Positions 40,065 to 53,862 are shown, numbered from the stretch's first letter. The stretch: 64,000 nucleotides of DNA from Octopus sinensis (GCF_006345805.1 NC_043013.1:16058001-16122000); one strand, 5' to 3'. Notes: a model not told the origin generated them from the letters alone. Program-made: numbers and translations.

Positions 40065-40390
40065 AAAACAAAAATCGCACTCTCATCTCATAACAACAAT
40101 ACGGCACAATTATTTCACCTCAATTGGCCCCGCTCTCTTTAACATTACACCAAAACACATTAAAACAGAAACTGACCCTATAGGGTTCAAGAAGTCTTTG
40201 GACAGATTCCTTCAAGAAATCCCGGATAAACCCCCTACACCCGGATATGTCTCTGTAAACAATAACTCTCTACTTGAGTGGGCCATAGTGCCCAAATTCT
40301 GACTTGAAAGACTTCACCAGGTGGTGCTATTAAGTTAGACATGGCCTGGGCCAATAATGGCCGAAACCTATCAAAGTATCAAAGTAAGTA
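40065..40390 (+). mobile_element. CR1/L2-group LINE extreme 3' end inserted in a TA/CA microsatellite
   Basis: [18 protein letters not shown]...[16 protein letters not shown]...NNSLLEW. 3' hairpin GGCC-AATAAT-GGCC and TATCAAAG repeats. Confidence 0.75.
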
Positions 40391-40855
40391 TACACATATA
40401 TATATACACATACATATACACACATATATATACATATACACATACATATACACATATATATATACACATACATATACACACATATATATACACATACATA
40501 TACACACATATATATATAGATATACACATACATATACACACATATATATATATACACATACATATACACATATATATATATACACATACATATATGCATA
40601 TATACATATACACATACATACACACATACATATATACATATACACATACTTATATGCATATATACATATACACATACATATATACATATATATATATACA
40701 TATACACATACATATATGTATATGTATATATATGCATATATACATATACACATACATATATACATATATATATATACATATACACATACATATATGCATA
40801 TGTATATATATTCATATATACATATACACATACATATATGCATATATACATATAC

Positions 40856-40900
<45 letters not shown>

Positions 40901-42724
40901 CACATACATATATGCATATATACATACATATATGCATATATGCATTAAGCCAAGTGAGATCATAATCATGGCCAATGCCTGTGTCACATAACTGGCACCC
41001 AGGCCAGTGGCACATGAAAACCACCTATTGAGCATTGGGCCTCACAGAGGCAATACAGTCGATGCTGGTGTCACATAAGTAGAACCCATGCCAGTGGCAT
41101 GTAAAAAGCACTTTCAAGTACTAGGCCTCGGGCAGGCAATGACAAATTACAAAGACCTTCAGCATGATGCTGTGCTTGAGCAGAAGATCCATCAAGCCAA
41201 GTGAAATCATAGTTGTGGCAGCCCTGGTCAAACCATCCAACCCATGCCAGCATAGACAACAAATATTTAATGATGATGATGATGACATAGCATCATCATT
41301 GTTTAACGTCCGCTTTCCATGCTAGAATGGGTTGGACGGTTTGACTGAGGGCTGGCGAACCAGATGGCTGCACCAGACTCCAGTCTTGATCTGGCAGAGT
41401 TTCTACTGCTAGATGCCCTTCCTAACGCCAACCACTCCGAGAATGTATTGGTTGCTTTTACATGCCAGCGGCATGGGGGCCAGTCAGGCGGGACTGGCAA
41501 CAACCAGCGGCGAGCTGTCAGAATCGTTAGCACGCTGGGCGAAATGCTCAGCAGTATTTCGTCTGCTGTTACTTTCTGAGTTCAAATTCCGCCAAGGTCG
41601 ACTTTGCCTTTCATCCTTTCGGGGTTGATTAAATAAGTACCAGTTATGCACTGGGGTCGATGTAATTGACTTAATTCATTTGTCTGTCCTTGTTTGTCCC
41701 TTCTGTGTTTAGCCCGTTGTGGGTAGTAAAGAAATAGGTACTGGCAACAACCTCGCTCAAATTTTTTTTTTTATTACACATGCCAACGGCACAGGTGCCA
41801 GTAAGGCGAAGCTGGTAACGATCCCACTTGAATGGTGCCTCCTACATTCCACTGGCACGGAAGCCGATATATGTAAAATTCAAATTGCCTGGGCTTTGAA
41901 GCTTCACCTTTGAATAAGCCAACAGGCAAAACTTATCCCAGTCAACGCAGACCTTACATTAAGTATAACTCTACTCTCAGTATTGACTTAGTTACTCCAT
42001 CAGTAAATGTTCTGTTGTTACTCTTAAACTAGCTGTAATAATGTAATAACCCTATTTAACAATGCATTACAAACGCACATTGCATTGCAATGCATGAATA
42101 TATTTATGTGTGTGCATAATTACAAGTAATTGATATATAATTGGTATATAATTATAGTTGATTGCTTCCTCAAAACAAGTTTCTGCTGCCAGTGTTCGTG
42201 CGAGAGATGAAGTGGAGAAGTGAAAGGGCACGGCTATCCAATTATATTGGTATTGCAACACTAGGTAGGTAGGAAGGTATATATGGAAAGGGATGGAGAG
42301 AGAAAGAAGAATGATTGGTGCCACAGCAAATGACCAATTGGCTTATTATTGCAAAGAGAAAGTAAGGACTTGTGTGGATGTGTAATGATTTACTGGTGAT
42401 GCAATATGATATATATATATATAAGAGTGTGTGTGTGTATATGCATGTATTTACATACGCACACACAGGGTTGTTAGTCATGTAACCAAGGAGTGAGAGG
42501 GGCATCCTCCCACCCAGACAATGTTTTTATGTAGGTGGCACTTTTGAGTGTGCTGTATTGAAGAAGAAGGAGGATGAGGAGGAGTGAAATTACCTATGCA
42601 CTTAGTAGACAAAGCCTCCCATTTTAAGTGACTAAGATCTAAAAACAAAAGGTAAGGAAGCTAACTGAACTAAGATCAGTTGGTTAAGAATGCCATATGT
42701 TGTCCTTAGGTATTTTCCTTCAAC

Positions 42725-42727
<3 letters not shown>

Positions 42728-42761
<34 letters not shown>

Positions 42762-42762
42762 C

Positions 42763-42815
<53 letters not shown>

Positions 42816-42897
42816 CAGCAGTAGTAGTAGTAGAAGTAGTAGTAGAAGTAGTAGTAGAAGTAGTAGCAGCAGCAGCAGTAGTAGTAGTAGTAGTAGT
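42728..42897. repeat. (AGT)n microsatellite
   Basis: About 56 AGT/AGC/AGA triplets. Confidence 0.95.
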
Positions 42898-43426
42898 CCT
42901 AGCTCAGCTTTGACTGAGCAGACCTATAATCAAATATCTTCCAACCAAGACACTGTCTGAAAACTAGCTCTGTGGAGTTTAGGGTCTTGGTTAGGGTTAG
43001 CGCATTCACACACCCACATATAAAACTATATACTTGTGCATACCGCCCCTTCCTACCTTCCCTCCAACAACCCAACCGATTTGCTGTCCACTACGCAGTT
43101 GATTTTCTGTTCACCATGTGGTGTTTTCAAGCTAACAGTCGTCACCGATATACAGTTATACCAACATCAAACCACATCACCACGTGACATTCCTCAACCA
43201 ATCACAGTCCACCTCATGGTAATAACAATCAACTTCTTTCATTCAAATTCAAAATGGTGCAGGAGTGGCTGTGTGGTAAGTAGCTTGCTTCCTAACCACA
43301 TGGTTCCGGGTTCAGTCCCACTGTGTGGCACCTTGGGCAAGTGTCTTCTACTATAGCCTCGGGCCGACCAAAGCCTTGTGAGTGGATTTGGTAGACGGAG
43401 ACTGAAAGAAGCCCGTCGTATATATG

Positions 43427-43457
<31 letters not shown>

Positions 43458-43953
43458 GTATGTGTGTGTATATGTTTGTCTCCCAAAATTGCTTGACAAC
43501 CGATGCTGGTGTGTTTATGTCCCCGTAACTTAGCAGTTCGGCAAAAGTGACCAATAGATGCTCCAGCAATACGCTAGCCATGAGGGTACAACATGCCTTT
43601 ATACATATACACATGCATATACATGTGATGAGCTGCTATGGATCACATGATCCCAAAGTATGTATGTGACCAGAGACCACATGTGATCTTCTATTCCCAC
43701 TGAATCTCCAAACATGAACTTTAACTCATTAGTTGGAACTGACTCAAACCTATCCCAGGTGAATGACACCACAAGTGCAAGTACTTTACAAAATGTACAA
43801 AATGCTTATTAGCATGGGAAAATGGATGTTAAACAAAGAAATGTTCTTCCTTCTTCAAGTGTTATACGAGGGAAATGAGGATACTATTTCTAGCTAGCTA
43901 AATGACCTTGGAGGTCTATATAAGATTTTGTTGTTAAAATTGATCTGCAATAA

Positions 43954-44326
43954 ATCTCTCTATATATAAAACTGAAGTTGTCTGTGTATGGCAGGTTTTG
44001 TAGCCTCCAAGACCCTGCGGTGCAAGTTGACCAGAATTGGGAGTATGATAGAAGAAGGCTTTCTCTTCATTCCGTAGAAGATAAAATTCAAATCGGACCA
44101 TGTTAAGACCAAAAATTATTTATATCAAAAAGGTGCTTTTTTTCTATGAAAATCCCTATTTTTTACGATTTTTGATTGCTGTGTCGCCAATTTTCGGTGT
44201 ATTTCAACCAGAAAAATGTTCACTTAAAGAGAATAACAAGCTACATAATGCCAAATTTTTACTTTTCAAAAATTCCAATTCTAAAGGGTTGAAACAAACC
44301 TGAGCAACGCCGGGTGATACTGCTAG
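43954..44326 (+). mobile_element. Non-autonomous Helitron-like element
   Basis: 5' TCTCTCTATATATAAAA. 3' CCTGAGCAACGCCGGGTGATACTGCTAG|T, the same terminus as 22453-22839. Confidence 0.75.
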
Positions 44327-47312
44327 TTACTGATATTTCTATAATTCAAGAAATATTTTAACATTTTTTTAAAAATTCAATTCCTTATATTTATGAAATT
44401 ATATACTTTTCACTCTTTTACATGTTTCAGTCATGTGACTGCAGCCATGCTGGAGCACCGCCTTTAGTCAAGCAAATCAACCCCAGGACTTATTCTTTGC
44501 AAACCTAGTACTTATTCTATCACTCTCTTTTGCCGAAGTTATGGGGATGTAAACACACCAGCATCGGATGCCAAGCGATGTTGTGGGGGGGGGGGACAAA
44601 CAGAGACACACAAACACACACACATATATATACATATATACAACGGGCTTCTTTCAGTTTCCGTCCACCCAAGGCTATAGCAGAAGACACTGGCTCAAGG
44701 TGCCATGTAGTGGGACTGAACCTGGAACCATGTGGTTTGTAAGCAAGCTACTTACCACACAGCCACTCCTACACCTTAAACAATAAGGTCTCTAGAATAT
44801 TTTAAAAAATCGAATGGTTGAGAGGGCCCACTCTGTAAAATAGGAATCAGAAGGGTCCATAGATAAAAAATTGTTGAGAAATACAGGTGTAGATGCACTC
44901 TTGTTGACATGTATTGCAATGATGTGGCACTGCGTCTATGAATTCCAGGAGAGGCAGCTTTATGCTAAGAGATGAGGGGGGTTAAAGTATTAGAGAAAAG
45001 AGGGTCAGAGCTGAAAAGGTTTCTTGCTGAAGGGGGAGTTACATGACTATTTGACTATTCATATTTTAGAGGAGAAGGTGGGAGTTAATGAAGTGAGTTG
45101 TCTGCTGGAGAGGTAGAAGGAGTGATGAGGTGCCTGAGTGGACCTTCCAGGACACATGGTGAGCAAAAGTGGGAACAGGAGAATTGAGAGTGTGTGTGAT
45201 TAAAGGTTGTAAGAGTGTGTGGGGAAAGTGAGTGATGGGGAATGGGTGACTGTAATGAATGGGTGACTGTAATGAATGAGGAACAGGTGCTGAGGGGTGG
45301 ATGTAGTGAATGGTGGATAAGCAGCATGGGGTGGGGGTGACCAACGATGCCGGCTGGTTAAGAGAGGCAGAATAGTTTTGAGGATACAGTAGAAAGGAGG
45401 AGATTAGAAAGAGGAAGAGAAGGGGAAAGAAAGAGACAGAAAGGGAAAGAGAGAGAGAGAGGGAAAGAGAGAAAGGGAAGAGAGAAAAGGAGAAAGGGAG
45501 ATGACATGTGGTTGGGTAGGTTGCCAGAGTGGATGTGGGAAAAAGAGGCAGGTAGGCAAGCAAAGTGCACTCAACCCCCCTGGAGGGAGAACAAGAGATG
45601 CATGGTAAACATCCCTTCATGTTTATTCTATTGAATATATTTAAAGCAATACAACTGTTAACATATATAAATTATTTAATAGAAAGTGTTTTTTTTCTAA
45701 TTTATATATATATATTATATTTTGTGAAATTTCTAAATTGAATTTTTCCCTGTAAGTTTGGAATAATATTCCCTCATATTTAAAGCAATACAACTATTAA
45801 CATATATAAACTATTTAATATCTTATAACATGGACACAAGGACTAGACAATCAATCGATTAATTTAATTGTTTAGGGTTTATAACCTGAGTGTAAGACAA
45901 CACTTTGTTTAATAGGATCACAGTATTAGATTTTCACAAGGATTTAAATCTAGTGTGAAGGGTGGGTGGGCGATAAAATAAATGAATAATGTTGAAAGCT
46001 TAATCTAAAAGATAGACACATTGAATGTATATTCTTTTATTGCTTTACATGTTTCAGTCATTCGATCATGTCTACATATGACAAAATACCTGTTACAGTC
46101 TTGGGCCCCACAAGATCACGGATAGAATCTGTATTTTCACTATGTTCCTGCACGAGCTTTCCAAATGTCTTAACATTTTTTTATTGCTTTATATATATAT
46201 TTTTCATTTTTTCCTTTTTAATTATGTGATTGTGTACATATGTATATGTATGTATAAATTAAGTGTATGTACGTACATGTGTATATATGTGTACGCATGT
46301 ATGCATGTATGTGTGTGTAATACATATATATATATATACACACACACACATATATATATACACACACCTATACATATATACACATATGTACGCACAAATA
46401 TATACGCACATATATAAGTACACACATATAAACACACACACACACACACATATATAAATATATATGCATACACAGGGTAATAGGCATAGCTGTGTGGTAA
46501 GAAGCTTGCTTCCCAACCACATGGTTCCAGGTTCAGTCCCAATGCATGGCATGCTGGGTAAATGTTTTCAACTATAGCCTCGAGCCAACGAAGGTCTTAT
46601 AAGTGGATTTGGTAGATGGAAACCTATAGAGGCCTGTAGTGTGTATGTGTGTGTGTGTGTGTGTGTACATTTGTATGGCTGTGTTTGTCCCCTCACTATT
46701 GCTTGACAACTGATGCTGGTGTGTTTATGTACCTGTGAGTTAGCGGTTCAGCAAATAAAACTGATAGAATAAGTACTAGGCTTACAAAGGATAAGTCCTG
46801 GAGTTGTTTCCTTCAGCTAAAGGTGGTGCTCCAGCATGGTTGCAGTCAAATGACTGAAACAAGTAAAAAAAAATTAGAAGAGTATGTATATATATATATA
46901 TATATACATACATACATGCACACATCAATCATTGCGACCATGGTCAAGCATTCCTAACAAAGTCTCTCCTGGCACCAATCACTTACTGAGCATTGGATTA
47001 TCTAAGAGTTGATCGATAAATACTTGAGCATTACATACATACACACAAACAAACATACAAACATACATGCATCCATCCATCCATCCATCCATATGAACAA
47101 AGAGAGAGGGAGACATACACATCCCAAATAGAGTACAAATATATCTGCACATGCACACACAAACAAGGCATATAAACAGACACATATATACAGAGAAACA
47201 ATTACATACACAGAGACTTACACAAATATGCACACACATATGCATATAAAGCTCACTCTTTCACTCACACACACACACACCATCACTCACACAAAGATGC
47301 CGCCACTCACTC

Positions 47313-48655
47313 ATACAGACACCACCACTCAAGCATACAGACACCACCACTCAAAGCATACAGACACCACCACTCAAAGCATACAGACACTACCACTCAA
47401 AGCATACAGACACCACCACTCGAGCATACAGACACCACCACTCAAAGCATACAGACACCACCACTCAAAGCATAGACACCACCACTCAAAGCATAGACAC
47501 CACCACTGAAAGCATACAGACACCACCACTCAAAGCATACAGACACCACCACTCAACCATACAGACACCACCACTCAAAAGCATACAGACACCACAACTC
47601 AAGCATACAGACACCACCACTCAACCATACAAACACCACCAATCAAAGCATACAGAGACCACCACTCAAAGCATACAGACACCACCACTCAAAGCATACA
47701 GACACCACCACTCAACCATACAGACACCACCAACTCAAATCATACAGACACCACCACCACCACTCGAGCATACAGACACCACCACACAACCAACATACAC
47801 CACCACTCAAAGCATACAACAAACCACCTCAAAGCATACAGACACCACCACTCAAAGCATACAGACAACCACCACTCAAAGCATACAAAACCCACCACTC
47901 AAGCATACAGACACCACCACTCAAAGCATACAGACACCACCACTCAAAGCATACAGAACCACCACTCAAAGCATACAGACACCACCACTCAAAGCATACA
48001 GACACCACCACTCAAAGCATACAGACACCACCACTCAAGCATACAAAACAACCACTCAAGCATACAGACACCACCACTCAAAGCATACAGAACCACCACC
48101 TCAAAGCATACAGACACCACCACACAAAGCATACAGACACCACCAACACAACATACAGACACCACCACTCAAAGCATACAGACACCACCACTCAAAGCAT
48201 ACAGACACCACCACTCAAAGCATACAGACACCACCACTCAAAGCATACAGAAACCACCACTCAAGCATACAGACACCACCACACAAAGCATACAGACACC
48301 ACCACACAAAGCATACAGACACCACCACTCAAAGCATACAGACACCACCACTCAAAGCATACAGACACCACCACACAAAGCATACAGACACCACCACACA
48401 AAGCATACAGACACCACCACTCAAAGCATACAGACACCACCACTCAAAGCATACAGACACCACCACTCAAAGCATACAGACACCACCACTCAAGCATACA
48501 GAAACCACCACTCAAACATACAGACACCACCACTCAAAGCATACAGACACCACCACTCAAAGCATACAGACACCACCACTCAAAGCATACAGAAACCACC
48601 ACTCAAGCATACAGAAACCACCACTCAAGCATACAGACACCACCACTCAAACATA
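47313..48655. repeat. Minisatellite with 22-23-bp unit CATACAGACACCACCACTCAAAG
   Basis: About 1.35 kb of head-to-tail copies (roughly 55-60 units) with small indels. Confidence 0.95.
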
Positions 48656-49098
48656 GAGGTACTATCACCCAGAGACACACACACACGAGCGCACACATGC
48701 AATCACAAACAGATGCACACAAGACTCTAAACACCTACACAACTGTGTGAAAGAGAAGCAATGTGTGTGATAAAACGTGTGTAGGAACAAGTGTATGTAA
48801 CTTTTATGTGAGTGTTTTGTGTACTTACAAGGTTGTGTGTATGTGCCTTTCTGTATGTACCTTTCTGTATATATGTGTATTTGTGTACACGCGTGGTGTA
48901 TATATGTCTGTGCGTGTGTATGTCTAAACTATAATCCATACAGACACGTGTTAACAATGGAACAAACAGTGATTTTGGTTTACGTCCAACTAATAAGATA
49001 AGATGATTAACAAATTAATACATACTTTGAGATGTCTTTCGTAAATGTAGAACATCAGCATCATTTAAAGTTCGACTTCCATGCATGATATAGATATG

Positions 49099-49158
<60 letters not shown>

Positions 49159-49229
49159 AACATGTATATATATATGTATATATATACAAACATGTATATA
49201 TATACAATATATATATATATTATACATAC

Positions 49230-49260
<31 letters not shown>

Positions 49261-49491
49261 CATAAATAAATATATATATACTTATATATATATATACATA
49301 AATATACACCGGGTGTATATAATGATATATGATATATTACATACATATATATACACATATATATACATACATATATATACATATATATATATACATACAT
49401 ATAATACACATATATATACATACATATATATATACATATATATATATATACATAAATATATATTACTTATATATATACATAAATATACACA

Positions 49492-50143
49492 CTGTTATTT
49501 CTAGTGGGTGAATGGCCTATTATGGCCGTTCCTTGATTGTTGATGTTGAACTTAAAAATGGTCTATGACTATTTAATTTTTTCCCACTAGGCCGCTGGTG
49601 GCAAAAAAATTCTACAAAATTTTTTTTGCCACCCTATATTGATTAATTATGAATTTTCTGGTTAATTCCGTAATGGAATCGACGGCTTATATTTATTTGC
49701 TGCCGATAAATTTGGCGCGAGTGCGATGATTTGAAAATTTTAGGTCAGATATCACCTTGGCAGGGTCGGAAATGCCTCGTGAAAATATCTGTCCCGACTT
49801 GTGGCTATTTCTTACTGAAGAATCTGAGGGCCTATGGAAGATTGGCTTGATTTAATTTAATCAGGTTAGTTTACCATGAAACAGCAGATGAAACGGTGCA
49901 TTGTATAAGAAATTACAGGGTAAATGTTTTTTAAATTTTCTCCTGTTTACGGAATTGACTTTTATTTGCGGTTGAAGCTTTGGCTGTTATTTCTAGTGGG
50001 TGAATGGCCTATTATGGCCGTTCCTTGATTGTTGATGTTGAACTTAAAAATGGTCTATGACTATTTAATTTTTTCCCACTAGGCCGCTGGTGGCAAAAAA
50101 ATTCTACAAAATTTTTTTTTGCCACCCTATATTGATTAATTAT
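49492..50143 (+). mobile_element. Putative non-LTR retrozyme copy (~492-nt unit, 1.3-mer) carrying the hammerhead
   Basis: 49492-49650 is repeated almost exactly at 49984-50143 (period 492-493). Non-coding. Contains the hammerhead and further hairpins. Embedded in TA microsatellite. Confidence 0.7.
49807..49913 (+). ncRNA. Type I hammerhead ribozyme, canonical core
   Basis: Stem I ATTTCTTA/TAAGAAAT (8 bp perfect). Core CTGAAGA (49815-21). Stem II ATCTG/CAGAT with a long internal helix. GAAA (49890-93). Near-palindromic stem III ACGGTGCATTGT. Cleavage triplet GTA (49903-05). Confidence 0.88.
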
Positions 50144-50228
50144 ATATATATATATATACACATATACATATATATATAAATGTATATATATATTCACATA
50201 TATATATATTATCCACATGTATATATAC

Positions 50229-50271
<43 letters not shown>

Positions 50272-50281
50272 ATATATATAC

Positions 50282-50330
<49 letters not shown>

Positions 50331-50378
50331 CTATAAAGTTAATCCAAACAAAACTCAGGAAAGAAGGAAAGAAGGACG

Positions 50379-50413
50379 GTTTAACGTTTCGAGCGGAGCT
50401 CTTCGTCGGAAAC
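50379..50413 (-). ncRNA. Minimal hammerhead-like motif (core CCGACGA) in a Penelope-type repeat (~50333-50485)
   Basis: Minus strand: GTTT-CCGACGA-A-GAGC-TCC-GCTC-GAAACGT-T-AAAC. Stems I and II are perfect. Confidence 0.6.
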
Positions 50414-50502
50414 ATAGGAGAAGGAAAGATCCAGAGAAGGGACGACTGAGGAAAAAAAAATCGTCAATGGTACACACGCGGTCACATATACATACGCACA
50501 CA

Positions 50503-50550
<48 letters not shown>

Positions 50551-51800
50551 ATATATATACAATATATATATATATATATATACACACACATGTATATATA
50601 TATACACAATATATATATACATATATATACACTTGTATATATACATATATATATACACATGTGTATAGATATATACACATGTATATATACATATATATAC
50701 ACATGTGTATACATATATATATATATATATATATCTTCTATATATATAAAACTGAGAATGTGTGTCTGTCTGTCTGTTTCCCTAAAACTTGAGTACTACG
50801 CAACCAATTTCATTCAAATTTTACACATGGCTTACTTAGAGTCCATGTAGTGTCATAGGCAAAAAAATTTCTAACTTCTCGCCTAGGGTGAGCCCACAAC
50901 AATATCATATCTTCTCCACTATTTCAGCATTACGTGTTAAAAGTGAAACAAAAACATCTCTCTATTGTAATGTCGGATACATTCACTTTAATACTGAAAC
51001 TATTAAAGTCAAACTATTATATAAGAGGGATGAACCATTAACAGTGGACATCCATTTTGCTAGAAGAAGTTCGGCTATGGTCTTATATGCTACACCACTG
51101 GTTTTCAATTCATATTAATCAAATTAATATTCAATTTCACACCCTTATTATTTTAAATTTAAATTTAAACCCAGGACCATGTGATTTGGAATGAAGTTTG
51201 TTACCACACAGCCACACCTGCACCTATGTATGTGTGTGTGTGTGTGTATAGCTGTATATGTATACATTTATTTCTATACATATAGATGTATATGTATACA
51301 TGTATATGTGTAGATGTATATATATATATAGATGTACACATATATATTCACATATATACAGCCATACACACACCTTCCACCCACACACACACACACACCA
51401 CACATACATAGGTGCAGGTTTGGCTGTGTAGTAACAAACTTCGTTCCAAAACACATGGTCCTCAGTTCAGTCCCACTGTGTGGTAACTTGGCATGTGTCT
51501 TCTGCTATAGCCTCAGATCAACCAAAGCCTTGTCAGTGGATTTTGTAGACAGAAACTCAAAGAAATCAATCGTATATATATGTATGTATATATGTAAGTC
51601 TATGTGTGTGTCTTTGAGTTTCTCCCTCATCACTGCCTCACAACTGGTGTTCGTTTATTTACATCCCCATAACTTACTGGTTTCACAAGAAGAACTGATA
51701 GAATAAGTACCAGGCATATCAAAATAAAAAAAAAACACTAGGCAGTATCTCATATTTTTGTTTGCCCACACAATTTATCTTGTGTGTGTGTAGACATACA

Positions 51801-53172
51801 TCATTATCATCATCATCATTTAGCGTCTGCTTTCCATGCTAGCATGGGTTGGATGGTTCAACTAGGGTCTGGGAAGCCAAAAGGCTGCACCAGGCCCAGT
51901 CTGATCTGGCAATGTTTCTACGGCTGGATGCCCTTCCTAACGCCAACCACTTCGTGAGTGTAGTGGGTGCTTTTTACGTGCCACCGGAACAGGTGCCAGA
52001 CAAGGCTGGCAAACGGCCACGATCAGATGGTGCTTTTTACATGCCACCGGCACAGAGGCCAGTCGGGGCGGTGCTGGCAACGGCCACGTTCGGATGGTCC
52101 TCTTATGGGCCACTGACACTGGTATCACAGCTACAATTTCCATCGATGTTGATCGATTTCGATTTTTATTTTTGATTTTCACTTGCCTCAACAAGTCTTC
52201 ACAAGTAGAGTTTTGTGTCCCAAGAAGGAAAGGTATGCATAAGTGGACTGGCTACATCCCAAGTAGAGGCCATGGGTTATGGCCTCACTTGTCCTGCTGG
52301 GTTTTCTCACACACAGCATACTTCCAAAGGTCTTGGTTTCTAGTCATTTCCTCAGTGAGACCTAAAGTTCGAAGGTCATGCTTCACCACCTCGTCCCAGG
52401 TTTTCCTGGGTCTACCTCTTCCACAGGTTCCCTCAACCACTAGGGTGTGGCAGTTTTTCACACAACTATCTTCATTCATTCTCGCCACATGACCACACCA
52501 GTGCAAACGTCTCTCTTGCACACTACAACTGATGCTTCTTAGGTGCAACTTTTCTCTCAAGGTACTTACACTCTGTCGGGTATGAACACTGACATTACAC
52601 ATCCATCGGAGCATACTGGCTTCATTTCTTGCAAGCTTACGCATATCCTCAGCAGTCATGGCCCATGTTTCACTGCCATGTAGCATGGCTGTTCATACAC
52701 ATGCATCATACAGTCTGCCTTTTACTCTGAGCGAGAGGCCTTTTGTCACCAGCAGAGGTAAGACCTCTCTGAACTTTGCCCAGGCTATTCTTACTCTAGC
52801 AGTTACACTTTCAACACACCCACCCCTGCTACTGACTTGGTCACCTAGGTAACGGAAGCTATCAACTATTTCTAGTTTTTCTCCCTGGAATGTGGCGGAA
52901 GTTGGTCTCTGCGCATTTTCAGTGTTTATTGCTCCTGAGCATCTGCCACATACAAAAACTATCTTCCTAGTTAGCCTTCCTTTGACGTTGTTGCACCTCT
53001 TATGTGTCCATAGCTTACACTTGGTGCATCTTATAGAGTTTCTACCTACACCTTTTCTATAGATTGAGCAAGGCCATCTACCTGAAGGCGTTTGTGACTT
53101 GTCTACCTTCCTACTTATTAGGACTTTGGTTTTAGCTAGGTTGACTCTAAGGCCCTTCGATTCTAATCCTTG
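51801..53172 (-). mobile_element. RTE-clade LINE 3' fragment (end of RT, Cys-rich insert, 3' UTR, (GAT)n tail)
   Basis: LESKGLRVNLAKTKVL, FRYLGD, RVRIAWAKFRE, YDACV*TAMLHGSETW, RRLHWCGHVARM, GRGRPRKTW. In-frame stop near 52693. The 3' UTR ends in GAT repeats at ~51801-51818. Confidence 0.9.
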
Positions 53173-53825
53173 GCAGGATATTGGAAGAAATATCTTGAAG
53201 CACTTTGTCCAACACTCTAATAAGATTACTTGGAGACACAAGGTATGTTATATAGATCTGTCTAATCACAATATCTTTTGGAAAAAAACTATTAGTTCCC
53301 CACCTTAATAAAACTTTAAAAAATGATAAGTTACATTATAATTTATGATAAGAAGAAGGTGGTGGTGGTAGGTGAAGAGATGTTCTTCTAAAACCCAGAG
53401 AAAACAGAGAAAAAGAAGCCCCAAGATCAAAATGTAGAGTGGAAGTTGGAGAGGAATATTTTTTTATCTAATTTTCTCTGGCAGACATCACTACCAGCTG
53501 TTGTGACTGTGCCCTTTATACTCCAACGGCCTGGTAGTATTGTAGTTAGATGCATGCTTCACTTAGTCTATAGAGAAAATATAGTTTGCAATTCCCATGT
53601 CTGTGTGTGTGAGTGTGTGCTCTGTTAGTCTTCCCTGGAAATTTTTATTTTCTTGCAAGCCACCTGTCTCTTTCCCAAAATAAAACACACACACGCACGC
53701 ACATATACACACACACACACAAACATATGTATGTATATATATATATATAGACATGCACACCAACTCACAACCTTTATATATATAATATATATATATATAT
53801 ATACACTCACGAACTCATAACCACA

Positions 53826-53856
<31 letters not shown>

Positions 53857-53862
<6 letters not shown>

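Noticed and set aside
38794-41035. Many long Y/I/H/T/C/V/M-rich ORFs (also 7326-7967, 12349-12985, 49015-50850, 62411-63412)
   Set aside because: Translations of TA/CA/TG microsatellites, with no protein-like complexity.
42697-42960. Poly-serine ORF
   Set aside because: (AGT)n microsatellite.
47313-48655. CRISPR-like array
   Set aside because: Head-to-tail units with no unique spacers, in a eukaryotic context.
49025-49065. Hammerhead-like GATG-CTGATG...GAAA-GA-CATC on the minus strand
   Set aside because: A9 is missing, stem II is poor and there is no UH cleavage site. Too degenerate to call.
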